64,000 nucleotides of DNA, from NCBI RefSeq assembly GCF_009914755.1, contig NC_060927.1, one strand, 5' to 3'. This DNA comes from the human T2T-CHM13v2.0 reference genome, Homo sapiens. The notes under the pieces are model-generated. The model did no database searches and had not been told where the DNA came from. It was given only the letters and a program-made list of their open reading frames with translations. Made by a program: the position numbers and the translations under genes. Positions 12,630-27,878 of the stretch are shown here, one piece after another (the stretch's first letter is position 1; every line of letters begins with the position of its first letter).

Positions 12630-13640
12630 GTATCAAAACAAAAATATTGGTTGGCACACATTCCAGTAGTACCATAGAGTCCCCTAACATTTGAGACTTT
12701 GCAAATGGACAGAAACACAGTCGTGTCAAAATAATTTTTAGACTCTAAAATGTTCAGCCAGTTAAACAAACATGTTTTATTTTATTGTTACCAGAATTTG
12801 AAAAATATCACAAAATCAAGGTGAGGTTATCTTAATCCTATGACTGCTCTTTAAGCAAACAATATGTTTTTCAAAATTGACCAAATAAAGCAAAAGAGAT
12901 GAAAAACAACAACAACCATAGAAGGTATTGTGACAAAACACAGAATCAAGTATTTACTTTGTTTAATCTAAAGCAGAATTAAAATGGGAGAAGATAAATA
13001 CCAAATTTCACGTGAGAAATAACTATTTTCTGCTAAGTAAACTTATTAAAAAAATACAGTCACACTTTTTTGCCACTAACAGAGGATCATTTGCAGAGGC
13101 TTGTCTCTATGTCTCTATTAAGGGGATACAGTGATGTTTTCCTACCTTGATTAGATTATTCAATAATTTCTTTGCAAGAGATTTCAGCTGCCTCCCTATG
13201 TACACCAGGCCTAATCTATCTGGTATTTACAGGTTAATCCCTTAAAGACTTGTGGACAGGATATGTCAGAAACTGGTGTTGGCTTGAGAGACAGCCTACT
13301 GTAGGTAATGCAAGTGTTGCTTGGTAAATTTGATGAGCCTAATTCAACCACAATTTTCAATATCTAATATTTTATTCCCAGGTATGCTTGTTTAAAAGAA
13401 ATTTTAAAATGCCAAAAGAAAGCCCTTCTATCTAACTTTCACACACAAAAATCACATGGTGATAAACACAAAAGTAGATTTCAAAAATGTTACTGGGACA
13501 ATTTGGAATTCATATGCAAAAAAAAAGGAACGAACGAAACCACAAACAAATACTCTAGCCATACTTCACACCATATACAAAGATTAACTTGAAATATATA
13601 AAATACTAAATATAAAATTAGAACTATGAAACTTTTAGGA

Positions 13641-13849
13641 AAGTGCTATCCAAGTGGAATACTGAACAATGATGGAAGTGATCAGCGGCTGTTCTGTCCA
13701 ATGCAGTAGCCACCAGCCAAAGAGGCTATTGAGCCCTTGAAACGTGGTTAGCATAATTGAGGAACTAAAGTTTTAATTTAATTTGATTTGATTTAATTTA
13801 AATTTAAGGCACCATATGTGACTGGTGATTGTTGTGTTGGACATCAGAG
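13641..13849 (+). mobile_element. MER3-like hAT-Charlie MITE nested in L1M
   Basis: gtgctatccaa...ctgtccaatgcagtagccaccagcca...gaggaactaaagttttaatt...gttggaca. 8-bp TSD ttttagga/ttttagaa. Confidence 0.8.
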
Positions 13850-14415
13850 TTTTAGAAGAAATTATAGCTAATACATATTTGTAACTTGAGTAAGGCAACG
13901 ATTTCTTAGGGTGAAAAAGAACAAACAATGAAAGATGAAAGGTAAATTAAGCTTTATGAATACAAAAATCTACGCTTTATAAAATACACTGTTAAGAAAG
14001 TGAAAAGGCAAGTCGATGGACTGGGAGAAAATGCTTACAATGAAATATCTGCTAAAGGACTTGTATTCAGAATTTACAAAACATTATCAGAATGCACTAC
14101 TAAGAAAACCAAATGGGCAAATGATTTGAACATATACCTCAACAAAAAAATACAGAAAAAGGCAACTACACCCAAGAAAAAGTGTTCAACATCATTAGTC
14201 ATTAGGGAAACTCAAATTAAAACTGCAAGATATAACATTATACCTCTAAAAGAATGGCTAAAATAAAGGGGAAAACCCCTAAACATCAAACGCTGGCTAA
14301 TATGTGGAGGAGCTGAAACTCTCATACATTGTTGGTAGGAATGCAAACTGTCAAAACACCTTTGAAAAACAGTTTGGCAGTTTCTTATAAAGTAAAATAC
14401 AGATTTACCATATTA

Positions 14416-14627
14416 CTAGCATTGTGCTGCAGCCAAACATTACCAGTTCATAGGAGCCAATCATGCACATCTATTTCTAACTCCACATTCAGTGATGCCA
14501 TGTTGGGAGACTGAAGCGGGTTAGAGTAGGAGTATTTACACTGCAGGAATTGGCAAATGCTACAAATCAGAGACTGTTTTGGGGAAAGGGGAAGAGTCAA
14601 CTATTAAATGTCTACCAGTAAAGTAAT
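14416..14627 (+). mobile_element. MER63A-like hAT-Blackjack MITE nested in L1M
   Basis: tgtgctgcagcc...actccacattcagtgatgccatgttgg...ggagtatttacactgcaggaattggcaaatgctacaaatcag. Confidence 0.8.
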
Positions 14628-15792
14628 CCATATGGTCCAGCAATTCTAGTCCTAGTGAAATGAAAACATATTCATCCAGATACATGTACATTAATGTTAA
14701 TAGCAGTTTTATTCATACTTGCCCCAAACTGGAAACAATGGAAATGTTTATTAACTGGTGAATGGATAAACAAATTTATTACATTTATAAATGAAATATT
14801 ACTCAGCAACAAAACATAATGAACTACTGATATATGCAAAAGCACACACTCTCTTTCCTTTAAAAATAAAAGCACAAACATGAATGAAGCTAAATCTTTT
14901 CTTTGGGATCTGGTTCTACAGTATTTTCTTCTAATGTTTTCAATTGTCACAATTGTTTGGACCTGAAAGGTACTTCTGAACTGTCAAGCGAGCTATAGTT
15001 GCTATTAGTCCATCAAATGAATTTTAGAGATATGTCATATCTTTTATGAGACTAAAGAGCTTAGAATTCTCCCTCTCAATTAAGTTTCCAGGAGTGGCTG
15101 CATTTAATATGATTTCTGATACTCTGACATAGCACCAATTAACAGAGTCTAGTTTTAAATCCAAATTCAAAGAGCAAATGTCTTTTAGCACATAATTTAA
15201 TGTCTATTCCAATTTACCACTTGTGTTTTTGTTGATTTTACAGAGGCCCTTGGATGGTTCTGCCCTAGTCATTAGGGTACTAATTCTGTTAAATACTTGT
15301 TAAGAACTACATTACCTACTCATGCCAAACCCTGGTGATTCAATGCTATAACGTATGGGTGAGGAAGTGCAGAAAATGACAGGCTGATTGGATTTTGTTT
15401 TTCTAATCACATTATGTTCTAATACTTCTGACCAGGTTGTTTAAGGATTTTATAAAAATCACCTTTTACAGAAGTCACCTTTCACCTTTCATTATTGTAT
15501 AACTTTATGAGAGAGATGTGTCAAATGGTATATAATAGCTTATTATTTTTGTCCTCTAAAGTGTTTATTTCACGTCAAAAAAAGTAGAAACTTGTTAGAT
15601 AAGAGCTGTGAGAGCTCCTTTTGAATGCAACAAACTAGTTGAACTGAATTGTATTAAATATTATTTTTCTAATGCATCAATGGTCCCAAGACAAAAAAAA
15701 GACAAAAATGTTTGTTTACATGAAGTAACTTTTCTCTATGAAATATTCAATGTAATAAAGCCAAGATAGTAGGAAAGATGTTTTATTTGAAG

Positions 15793-15832
15793 GTGTGTGT
15801 GTGTGTGTGTGTGTGTGTGCATGTGTGTGTGT
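15793..15832 (+). repeat. (TG)n microsatellite
   Basis: About 20 TG units with one CA interruption. Confidence 0.95.
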
Positions 15833-16129
15833 ATAAAGTAGTGAATTAAGCATTATGACACACTCTAGCCACTGGCTACTGTGCCTACGGTATTAGGCTT
15901 GGGATTCCACAACATTTGTTGGTGAATGCCCTGGGATTAAGGTTCCTGGAAATCATTGCCAAACTAGACAGGAACAAATTAATCTAGACAGCATAAAGCT
16001 TGACAAGCACATTAGTAATTTTTAACATCTGGAGAATACTGTCATTGCTGATTAGATGAAGGTATAAAAATATACCTAAATGAAATGTTCAAAACAAAAT
16101 AGAATATGATTTTTAAAATTTCTGAGTAG

Positions 16130-16530
16130 CTTAATTTGTCTTTTATTATTATAAAAACATAATATGTAAATGAAATACTAAAAACAGAGATCTAGAAGTA
16201 GAAAATAATATTTAACCAATCCCATTTCACTCTGTAGAAGTGACTTATACATATATATGTATATACAGAGAGATTTTAAAAATAAAAATTCTATCATGTT
16301 GCCATATTCTACACATTTTTTTTCAATTGCTAATTTATCATTAACTTCTTCCATGAAAATACCTACAGATCTTCCTCAAGGATGCATATAATGAAGCTCT
16401 AAATGTACTTAGCCAAAGCCCTGTTAATGAATATTTAAAGTTTTTCTCTATTATGGTGTGCATTGTTGACTCGATTATTTGCTTGCTTCTGTGACAGTCC
16501 CTTTGGATAGGTTAGAAGCAGATTTTTGAG
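16130..16530 (-). mobile_element. Very old L1ME-like fragment
   Basis: cttagccaaagccctgttaatgaatatttaaagtttt...ttctgtgacagtccctttggataggttagaagcagatt resembles the antisense L1ME 3' region. Confidence 0.45.
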
Positions 16531-16849
16531 TTGAAAAGAAAAAAAAGGTGTTTTCTTGAGAAGGAAATTGGGTTATATTAAGTTGGAGATTTGGAGTGAA
16601 GGATAGAAAAGAAGAAAATTAGATTGCCATAGGAAGGCTGATGATTTATGTGTAAGATCCAGTGCTGTGTGTTCTCCGTTTCAGCAATGTGGCATCATTG
16701 TGCGACATACTTTCATGTGTTATCTGTTCATATTGACTTGATTTTTTAATCAATTATGCCATTTTCAGGCATACTTCTTTAAATTGGAAAAAAAATATTT
16801 TCAGATTATCTTTGACTGAAGTTTAATTGCATGGAATAAAAAGAATATC

Positions 16850-18110
16850 AAAGTGGCAAATGCTATGTAAAAAATTAAATAGAGTAATGCACAAGAGCAT
16901 TGGTAAAGGAGGAAGACTTTAGCTGAAATGATGAGTGAAGGCCTCTTAGAAGAGGTAATATTCCAGGAGAAACTGCATGACCAAGAGGAGGCTGCTCCTC
17001 TTGATTTATGAAGAAAGAGATTTACTAAGAAAATTGTTGTTGTTGTTGTTGTTGTTGTTTTTCAGATAAAGGAAACTATGAGTACAAATAAACTAAGGAA
17101 GGAACTAATTTGGTTTATTCATAGAACAAAAGTTATTTCAGTATGTTTAGAGAGAATGGTAGAGGCCAAACCATGGAATGCCTTGAGTACCAGAATAAGA
17201 AGTCTGATGTTAGAAAAACAAAGTACTTCAAGTTCAATTGGAAGCTGTTAGAGATTTTTAAACTGCAGAGCCTCATAATATGATTCATGTGATTATGTGG
17301 CCAATTTTAGTTTTATTATTTTTTCTTTTTTTTCTTCAACTTTTAAGTTCTGGGATACATGTGCAGCATGTGCAGGTTTGCTACATAGGTAAACGTGTGC
17401 CATGGGGGTTTGCTGCACAGATCCACCCATCACCTTGTATTAAGCCCAGCATCCATTAGCTATTCTTTGTGATGATCTCCCCCAACTCCTCCCTCCAACA
17501 GGCTCCAGTGGGTGTTGTTTCCCCTACCATGTGTCCATGTGTTCTCATGGTTCAGCTCCCACTTAAGTGACAACACGTGGTGTTTGTTTTTCTATTCCTG
17601 TTTTAGTTTGATCAGGATAATGGCTTCCAGCTCCTTCCATGTCTCTGCAAAGAACATGAGCTCATTCCTTTTTATGGCTGCATAGTATTCCATGATGTAT
17701 ATGTACCACATTTTCTTTATCCAGTCTATCATTGATGGGCATTTGGGCTGATTTCATGTTTCTTCTATTGTGAATAGTGCTGCAATGAACATACACATCC
17801 ATGTATCTTTATAATAGAATGATTTATATTCATTCCTTTGGGTATATACCCAGTATAGGATTGCTGGGTCAAATAGTATTTCTGCCTCTAGATATTCAAA
17901 GAATCGTATGTGGTTAATTTTAAACATTTGTTTAGTGAATGGATTAAGAAAGGCAAGGGTGGAAACCAGGAGGCAAGGTAGGACAATATTTAGGTCACAC
18001 AATGCAGATTGAGAGCCATCATGCATTAAGAATGTATTCTGGAGGTAGGACCAGGAGGACTTGGTGATGAATTGCATGTACAATGTGAAAGAAAGAGATA
18101 AACTATGGCT
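16850..18110 (-). mobile_element. L2 (split by the L1PA at 17310-17906), contains (TTG)n at ~17034-17058
   Basis: gtgaaggcctcttagaagaggtaatatt..., ggaagctgttagagatttttaa..., ggacttggtgatgaattgcatgt. Confidence 0.75.
17310..17906 (-). mobile_element. 5'-truncated L1PA (approx. L1PA8-10)
   Basis: ttcaacttttaagttctgggatacatgtgcag...attaagcccagcatccattagctattct. 16-bp TSD tatgtggccaatttta 17294-17309 / tatgtggttaatttta 17907-17922. Confidence 0.92.
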
Positions 18111-19128
18111 ATCTTCCTATCTAAAAGAGGCGGTTCTTTGGCATAAAAGTAATTTTGATAGCTCATAGTGCTTGGAAAATGAAAAAAAAACTTGGAGTCC
18201 AGAGCCTACCATTGGTGGGTTCTATTATAAACCCTTTCTGCTTTGGTCTGGGATCCTGAAAGGTGGGTGGTTCCCTGGGAACAAGGATGAACCAAAGGTA
18301 AAGCAGACATCACAAAGACTTCATCACAGTAAGAGTTGTTTGAATGCCCCCCTCCTCCCAAATCTCAATCTCTAACTCTAGAATTAATGTGATCCTGAGC
18401 TGCTAGGGCATAGCTGCCAAGCTGAAACAAAATGATAATCTTTCCTATAGAAATATAGGCTACCACTACAGATCAAATTGTTTTTTACAAGCAACATTTA
18501 AAATAAAATGTCCAAAACATAATCAAAGATAACCAGGTATATTATGCTGCTATTTCCTAGACCACATTTTGGGTAGGTGCAATCTACTAGTAGCTGACTT
18601 TTCAACCGAAATAATGGAAGCCAGAAGAACAATGAGCTGATATTTTCAATGTTCCAAAAGAAAGAAAGCTGCCAACCATGAATTCCATGCCCAATAATAA
18701 TAACCTTCAAAAAGGAGGGCAAAATAAATATATATATAGATGAAGAGTGAGTGATTTTTGACAATAATACCCAAAGTAAAAACTAAAGAAAGATCTTACA
18801 AACAGAAAAAGAATGTTCCCAGAGAGAAACTTAAAGAATTAAGAAGGGATTCAGAGTAAAATGGTAAATTAATTATGAATATAAATGACATAGGCAGAAT
18901 TAAAATATATAATACTTACAGCATAAACATCAGATTAATTGTGCAAAAGTTTTCTAAGTTTCTTGAAATTCTGAGGAAGAGGGTAAAAATAAAAACACTA
19001 ATCAGCATTAGATTATGCTAAGCTAAGAAAATATGTTTTAATCTTTAGGATAACAAATAAAATAATTTCAAAAAGTGTATTATAATTCTTAAAAAGAATA
19101 GTAGGAATAAATAATCCATGACACACAC

Positions 19129-19130
<2 letters not shown>

Positions 19131-19159
<29 letters not shown>
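19131..19159 (+). repeat. (GA)n microsatellite
   Basis: About 14 GA units. Confidence 0.95.
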
Positions 19160-19163
<4 letters not shown>

Positions 19164-19336
19164 AATGTAGGGCAGGACAAATTCTTGGTAGATTGTTAGG
19201 ACATTAGTAGTATTCTTAGTAGATTGTTTACAAATACATTAATAATTGCATTAAATGCCCCAATTAAAAGCCAGTTATTTTTCAGATAGTTATTTCACTA
19301 AAAGAATAGGAAAAGATACTCCATAAAAACACTGAC

Positions 19337-19550
19337 TGTTGGGTAATCAACGTCTGCTGCCTATTATCAGGAGTAGAAGTTCAAGCACTTCTGTCCATTG
19401 CATCTTGGTATCAGAGTCACCAATGAAAATAACACAGTGAAGCACTGGATGAAAAAAAAAATGCTATACTCATATAGAGAAGAGACAGAGCAAGGCAAGC
19501 TTTAACAGTGGGCATCTGTTCCCCGTGGTCAGTGGGCCCCTCCCAACAAA
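19337..19550 (-). mobile_element. Possible ERVL LTR fragment nested in L1M
   Basis: Abrupt GC rise inside A-rich L1; begins tgttgggtaatcaa like an antisense LTR end. Family not determined. Confidence 0.35.
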
Positions 19551-21087
19551 ACTCAAAAAAGGAATTACGGGACAGGACAATTATGAGTCCTGTCTAACTC
19601 ATGAGTGTAGAAGTAGAAATTCTAAACAAATAATTAGTGAATCGAATTCAGCTATGCATCCTGCTGAATGAGCTTATTCAGAAATTCAAAGTTGTTTAAT
19701 GTTTCTTAATTTTTAAGGGTAATGTGCCACATTAATGGAATAAAAGAAGAAAATCATTTCAATTAATACAGAAAAAGTGTTTGATAAAATTATTTCAGAG
19801 TTTAAAAGTTCTTACTAATCAACAAGATAATTTCTTTAATCTAATACATTATATTGGCCAAAACCATAAATAGATATTATATTTAATGGTTAAATATTGA
19901 CCCCCTCCCCATTCCCTTAGAGTCTGGGACTAACAAAAGATGCCTGCTATAAACATTATTTTTTAATGTTGTATCCTTGGCCCTAGATAGTTCAGTAATG
20001 CAAGAAAAAAATAAGGATTGGCAATGAAGAAATAATACATTCATGATTGACAGATGTTAAAATAATTAATAGGTGATATTAGCAAGGTTGCTGAATAGGT
20101 AAATATAAAAATCAATTAAATTCCTCTATGCCAAAAATAAACAGAAAAAAATGAATTAAAAATACCGTTTATAATATTATCAAAATAATCAAATACTAAG
20201 AATGCAATTATAAAAGATATGGAATGTTCCTATCAATAAAATGACAAAACATTATTTAAAGAAATGAAAAAGACCTACACATAAATATATATTATATTCA
20301 TAGACTGGAAGAAATTTAATCTTAAAGCTATCAATTATTCTCAAATTAATTTTTTAGATTACTTTTTACACTCAATGTCGGGTATCAGTAACTTGGCAGG
20401 TAGAATTTTAGAAATTGGTGAGCTGATTCTAAAATGTATATGGAAATACAAAGCCCTATTAATCAAGACACTCTTGAAAATCAACAATAAGCTGAGAGCA
20501 ATTTTTCGCACCAGATCCCAAGATTTATTTGAACACTACAGTAACTAAGGCAGTGTTATGTTATTGTGAGGATAGGCAAAGATTGCTATAGAACAGAATG
20601 GATTTCTGCAATAAACATGTACACATAAGGACACTTGATTCAAGAGAAAGGTGGTGCTGCAGAGAAGTAGGAAAGTGATGATCTTTTCCATAAACGGTGC
20701 TGGGAAAATTGGAAATCCATATGGAAAAAGCAAACTTCACACCTGACTCACACCATATACAAAAATCAAATCCAGGTGAATCAAATACTTACATGTGAAA
20801 GGTAATACAGTAAATGATTGAAAATAAAATATGGGAGAATATAAGCTTGGATAGAGGAAGATTTTAATAAATAGGACTCAATATTATTCATTAATGTTAA
20901 TATCGACACATTTAGATACATTAAAACCTGTCTTCATTAAACGATTTCATAACGAAAATAGAAAGGTTCTCACGGCATGGAAGAAGAAATATGAAATGAA
21001 AATAATCATCAAAAGGTTTGTATAAAGACCCTATGCAAGGTTCCTACAAAGTATTAAGAAAAAAAGAAAGTCAATAGAAAAGCGGTT

Positions 21088-21776
<689 letters not shown>

Positions 21777-23332
21777 AAATAGGCAAGGGTCTTAAAATAA
21801 GTTACTTCACAAAAGATCATATACAGGAGCCAATAAACTTATGAGATGATGCTCAATCTCATTGATCCTTAGGGAAACAAAACTTCAATGAGATCGCTAC
21901 CAGAATAGCTAAAATTAAAGCCTAACAATACCAAGTGCTAAAAACGATATGAGCAACTTCGATTTTACATGATGCTAGTAAGAGTGTAAATTGGTATGAA
22001 ACACTTTGACAAATATTGGCATTAGCTAATACAATTGAAAATGCAAACATTTTACAGACTAGCAATTTCATATCTAGCTATGTGCATTTGTATACTAAGA
22101 AATATATATGAGTGTTCATATCAGTATTATTTATAATAGCCCTAAACTTAACACAACTTAAATGTCCATCAATTGTAAAATGGATAGTGATATACTCATA
22201 TAATGGAATCCTATAAAACAGTGAAAAGGAAAAATTACAGTTAATTTTTCACTCACATGGTGAATATTGGGCAACAGAAGTCAGATTTAAAGAATGCCTG
22301 CTATATTATTCCAATTATATAATGCTTAAAAATAAACAAGGCAAGTAAGGCAAAAATAAACAATAACATAATTTATAGTTCATAGAAGACAAATGTATGA
22401 AGAAAAACAAGGAAGTGATAAGTAAAAATGTCAGAACCCCTGGTTACATTTAGAAGGGAAAGAGGAGATTATAATTGGGAAGGGACAGCCAGGAGCCTTC
22501 TGGAACACTGGCAAAGTTTTATTTCTTGACTTGAGTGGCAGTTACATGACAGTTTGCTATACGGTAATTAATTAGTTAGTGCACTTATGTTTTATGCACT
22601 TACTGTTAGCATGGTATATTCCATAATGAAACTGTTAAAGAGAGAGAGGCATCATGGGAGTTCAAGAGTGGCATTTGTGAATCTGTTGCTTACAACCCAA
22701 TCAGCCCATTATTGCTTCCCAGATGATACCGCTACTATGTCATCTGTGAAGCAAAAAAATGGGTTGGCCAGATAAGCGTTAAATCTTTCTTTATCATTTT
22801 GGGGTGCTAAGTGTAAAAGTAGAATGCTAGTACAATAGTTCTGGCATACAGACCAAATAATGAGCCCTAGGATTAGTGAGAAATGACTATTCTCACAGTC
22901 ATTTAATGGAACAGGTTGAGGTTTTGATGTGATTTTGAGTAGCAACCCACATTAGCTAAGGTGCTCCTTAGAGTGCTTTGTTTCTTGCTCCCTGAACGGT
23001 CAGTCATGCCGGAGGCGTGGCCCTGTCTCTCAGTTTTGCAGACCGGTCAGCAGAAAACACAGCAGAATGCTAACCAGGAGATGCCTACACCTTATTGGTT
23101 TATTCCCATGTGCTGCTCCCCATCCTATTTTTTTGTGTGTGACAAGATGATTGTTTATCTAATTCAAAGCCTGCTCAATGTAACTAGGGATGAATTAGAA
23201 TTGCTTGTAATCCTTGTGTAACACATGTCCTGTTGTCACCACAAAACATTTCTGTAAAAATAAAATTTGGGGATGAACCACCCTCTAGTAATGATATGGA
23301 AGACCACCCTCTAATAAAAATATGTTAATCTG

Positions 23333-23710
<378 letters not shown>

Positions 23711-23989
23711 TTATATAAATAAAGTGTAAGTATCTCAATCAGCCACGCTACTTATAATGCACATATATGTTGGCCTTTGTATATTGAAGAAGCTAATTTA
23801 TTTGTAGATCATTCATTCAACTTCTCTATTTCTCTGTTATTCTTTCAATGAAATTAACATTAACAATCTAATTATTCCCAACCATAGTTATAGAAACAAA
23901 GGTTGTTTGACCAGAGGTCTCACCTGGAGAACTTTTTAAAAAGTAATGCTCCCCAAGCTCTACCCTATTTTCAGGTCATCAAAATTTGT

Positions 23990-24410
23990 CAATATCGCAT
24001 GATACTATTTTGTTTACCTATTTATCTTTGTCTGCTTGCCCCCTCATCTCTGCTAAAATATAAGCTTCATGAAAACAAGGACCTCTGGACCTAGTTCACC
24101 CTTGTCTTCCAAGGCACAGAACAAAGGTTGGCAACTATGACCTTTGGGCCAAATCCAGCCCACCTGCCTGGGTTTGTAAACAAAGTTGTATTGGAACACA
24201 GCATTGCCCATTGATTTACTTACTGTCTATGGCTGCTTTCATGCCACCATGCAAGTTGAGTAGTTGGTGACAGAGACCATCTGGCCTGCAAAACCTAAAG
24301 TATTTACTGTCTGCCCCTTTACAGAAACCACGTGCTGATCTCTGATTTAGAAAAATGGCTAGCGTAGAGTGGGCTCTCTACATGTGTTGAATGCTGAATG
24401 AATGAAATAA
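23990..24410 (+). mobile_element. L2 3' end split by MER58A
   Basis: aaatataagcttcatgaaaacaaggacc...gttcacccttgtc, then after the MITE catgtgttgaatgctgaatgaatgaa. Confidence 0.7.
24122..24344 (+). mobile_element. MER58A
   Basis: ggttggcaactatgacctttgggccaaatccagccc...cctgcaaaacctaaagtatttactgtctgcccctttacagaaa. Confidence 0.88.
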
Positions 24411-25174
24411 TCATTTATTAGTGCCTCTCAGCAGCTCTCTTTTGCGCAAATAAGTTTCTTTTTCCATGTTATCCTTAATTAATTGTTTTATTACACTGTG
24501 GTCTCTTCTTGGAAACTTACTCTCCTCATTGCATTATTAAGTACCCTTCATTTTCCCTTGGAGCCAGTCTGGGGTTTTGGTTATGCTAAAGTACAATGAG
24601 ATATGGGAAGATATGAATCAATTTACGCAAAACTTCTCAGGAGCACATTAATTACATACTATGAGATTTTTTCCCAAGCTCGCTTTCATTCTCAGAGGAG
24701 TGGCAACAGTGTATCAGATTACAAGTTAAATGGAAAGCCAAGTTAATAAGGATGGGATGTGATATATTAGAGTAGCGGGTATGATTTGCTATAATCCCCA
24801 GCTGAATTTAATGATAGGTTATCAGCATTCAGGGATGAAGTACACTATCTTTCAATAGATAGCAAAAGCACAGTGAACTATTTCTAGGTTTTTAAACCCG
24901 TTAACTCTCTATATAACCTTGGGCAGTGGGCTACTTCTGCAAATGAGAGTTTCACAGTCTCTTCTTTAGTAACCAGAAAAATCTGGGTTAGGTGATGTTT
25001 ATAGTTGATCGTAATTATATTGCTTTATAAATAGGGAACACAATAACAAATAGCCTGAAAGTATAGTGGAATCACAGCTTAATGTAAGTGTTATGTCTTA
25101 AAAATTTTCATCAATTTATAATGAAAGTTTTCATATAGTTAAAATTACCTTTGATCTTTATGTGGCCAGTACAT

Positions 25175-27205
25175 ATTTTAAAATTGTGGTAAAATATGCA
25201 CAGCATACAATTTACTACCATAACCATTTTTAAATGTACAGTTCACTAGTGTTAATTATATTCCCACTGTTGTGTGACCAATCTCATGAGCTTTTCATCT
25301 TGCAAAACTGAAACTCTATACCAGTGGTCCCCAACCTTCCTGGCACCAGGAACTGGTTTTGTTGAAAACAATTTTTTTCATGGACCGAGGGTGGGATGGT
25401 TTCAGGATGATTCAAGCGCATTACATTTATTGTGCACTTTATATTTCTATTATTATTACAATGTAATATATAATGAAATAATTATACAACTCACCATAAT
25501 GTAGAATCAGTGGGAGCCCTGAGCTTGTTTTCCTGCAACTAGAGAGTCCCATCTGAAGGTGATGAAAGACAGGGACAGATCATCAGGCATTCGATTCTCA
25601 AGGAGCACACAACCTAGATCCCTCACATGCGCACTTCATAATAGGGTTCTCACTACCATAAGAATCTAATACTGCCACTGATCTGACAGGAGGTGGAGCT
25701 CAGGCTGTAATGCGAACCATGGGGAACAGCTATAAATACAGATGAAGCTTCCCTTGCTCACCTGCCGCTCACCTCCTGCTGTATGGCCCGGTTCCTAACA
25801 GGTAACGGACTGGTACTGGTCTGTGGCCCAGGGGTTAGGGACCCCTGCTCTATACCTTTCAACAACTCTCTATTTCCTCCTCTTTCCCAGCCCCTGGCAA
25901 CCACCATGCTACCTTCTGTTTCTATACATTCGACTACTGTAGACACTTCAAATAACTAGAATCATGCAGTATTTGTCTTTTTTGTGACTGACTTATTTCA
26001 CGTAGCATAATGTACTCAAGATTCATCCATGTTGTTACATATAGCAAGATTTCCTTCCTTTTTTAGGCTGAATGATACACCATTGTGTGTATATAATGCA
26101 TTTTACTTATCCATTCATCTGTTGATAGACATTTGGGTCACTTCCATCTGTGCACTATTGTGAATAATGCAGCTATGAACACAGATGTATAAATATTTTT
26201 TGAGATGCTGCTTTAATTCTTTTTGGTATATACACAGAAATGGAATTGCCAAATCATATGGTAATTCTATTTTTAATTTTTTGAGGAATCACCATATTGT
26301 TTTCCACAGGGGCAACGTCATTTTTCATCCCCACCAACAGTGTACAAATGACACAATTTTTCCACATCCTTGCCAAAACTTATTTTCTTTTTTTTGGGTT
26401 TTTTTTTTGATAGTAGCCATACATATAAGGTAGTATCTCATTATGATTTTGATTTGCATTTCCATAATGATTACTAACATTGAGCATCTTTTCATGTGCT
26501 TATTGGCCATTTGTATATCTTCTTTGGAGAAACATCTGTTCAAGTCTTTGCCTAATCTTTAATCAAGCTGTTTGGTTTTGTTGTTGCTGTTGTTGAACAG
26601 TAGGAGTATTTTATATATTCTGTCTATTAACTCTTTATCAGATACATGATTTACAAATATTTTCTCTCATTCCATACATTGCCTTTCCACTCTTGATTTT
26701 TTTCCTTTGGTGCATATAAGTTTTTAATTTTGATGTAGTCTAATTTATCTACTTTTGCTTTTGTTGCTTGTGCTCTTGGTGTCATATCCAAGAAATCATT
26801 GCTAAAATCCAATGTCAAGAAGATTTCCCCTATTCTTTCTTCTAAGCTTTTAAGTTTAGGTCTTTGATCCACTTTTAATTAATTTTTGTATATGGTATAT
26901 GGTAAGTGTCCAACTTCGTTTTTTTTTTCTTTTTGCGTGTGGATATCCAGTTTTCTCAACACTATTTGTGGAATAGTTTGTTCTTTTCACATTGAATGAT
27001 CTTGCACCCTTGTCAAAAATCATTTGAGCAGATATGTGAGGGCTTATTTCAGAGTGCTCTAATATGTTCTATTGGTCTATATATCCATCTTTATGCCAGT
27101 ACCACACTGTTTTTACCACTGTAGTTGTAATTAGTTTGAAACTAGGAAGTGTGGGACCGTCAACCTTTTTCTTCTTTTTCAAGATTGTTTTGGCTATTTG
27201 GGTTT
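25175..27205 (-). mobile_element. L1MB-type element (3'UTR and ORF2 end), interrupted by MER1A
   Basis: aaaattgtggtaaaatatgc...aaccatttttaaatgtacagttca; cagcccctggcaaccacc; minus-strand ORFs give ORF2 peptides (MNRCFSKEDIQMANKHMKRCS). Confidence 0.92.
25322..25847 (+). mobile_element. MER1A (hAT-Charlie3 derivative), full length
   Basis: TIRs cagtggtccccaacc / ggttagggacccctg. Perfect 8-bp TSD ctctatac at 25314-25321 and 25848-25855. Confidence 0.93.
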
Positions 27206-27489
27206 CCCATACATACCCTAGTGTCTTGCAACTCTATAAAGTAAATTTTAGGTATACTCCATACTCAAGTTTGAGAACTATTAACCTAGGTTAAAGTAAG
27301 GGGAAAAAAGGAGCATCCATATGCAAATGTCTGCTAGGTGTTTTCAGTCCATTCTTCCTTTAAGAGAACTATGAAATCCTTAAAAGTCAGAGCAGGGTAG
27401 GATGTGGGAGAGCAGTAAAAAATACTCAAGTGGTCCTGCCTACCTGCAAGATTTTGTCATTCAGTTTTCATAGTAAGCCTCCATATTTC

Positions 27490-27517
27490 ATTTTCTTTCT
27501 TTCTTTCTCTTTCTTTC

Positions 27518-27593
<76 letters not shown>

Positions 27594-27878
27594 TTTTGAG
27601 ACAGAGTCTCATTCTGTTGCCCAGGCTGGAGTGCACTGGTGCAATCTCAGTTCACTACAACCTCTGCCTCCTGGGTTCAAGTGATTCTCATGCCTCAGCC
27701 TCCAGGTAGTTGGGATTACAGGTGTACAGCACTGCACCTGGCTAACTTTTACATTTTTAGTAGAGATGGAGTTTTGCCATGTTGGCCAGGCTGGTCTCGA
27801 ACTCCTGATCTCAAGTGATCCACCCACCTCAGCTTCCCAAATTGCTGGGATTTCAGATGTGAGCCACTGCACATGGCC
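27490..27878 (-). mobile_element. AluS (Sx/Sz-like), full length, tail expanded to (GAAA)n
   Basis: Alu body ~27598-27878. TSD agcctccatatttc 27476-27489 / aacctctatatttc 27879-27892. Confidence 0.94.
27491..27597 (+). repeat. (TTTC)n tetranucleotide tract
   Basis: About 105 bp of pure pyrimidine, mainly TTTC with a few TC interruptions. Confidence 0.95.

Larger units (their letters stand above)
13400..14890 (+). mobile_element. Old L1M (L1MD/ME-like) ORF2 3' part, interrupted by MER3 and MER63A
   Basis: cttcacaccatatacaaagattaact..., caacatcattagtcattagggaaactcaaattaaaac..., gtgaatggataaacaaatt; ORF 14000-14266 is a degenerate ORF2 peptide. Confidence 0.85.
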
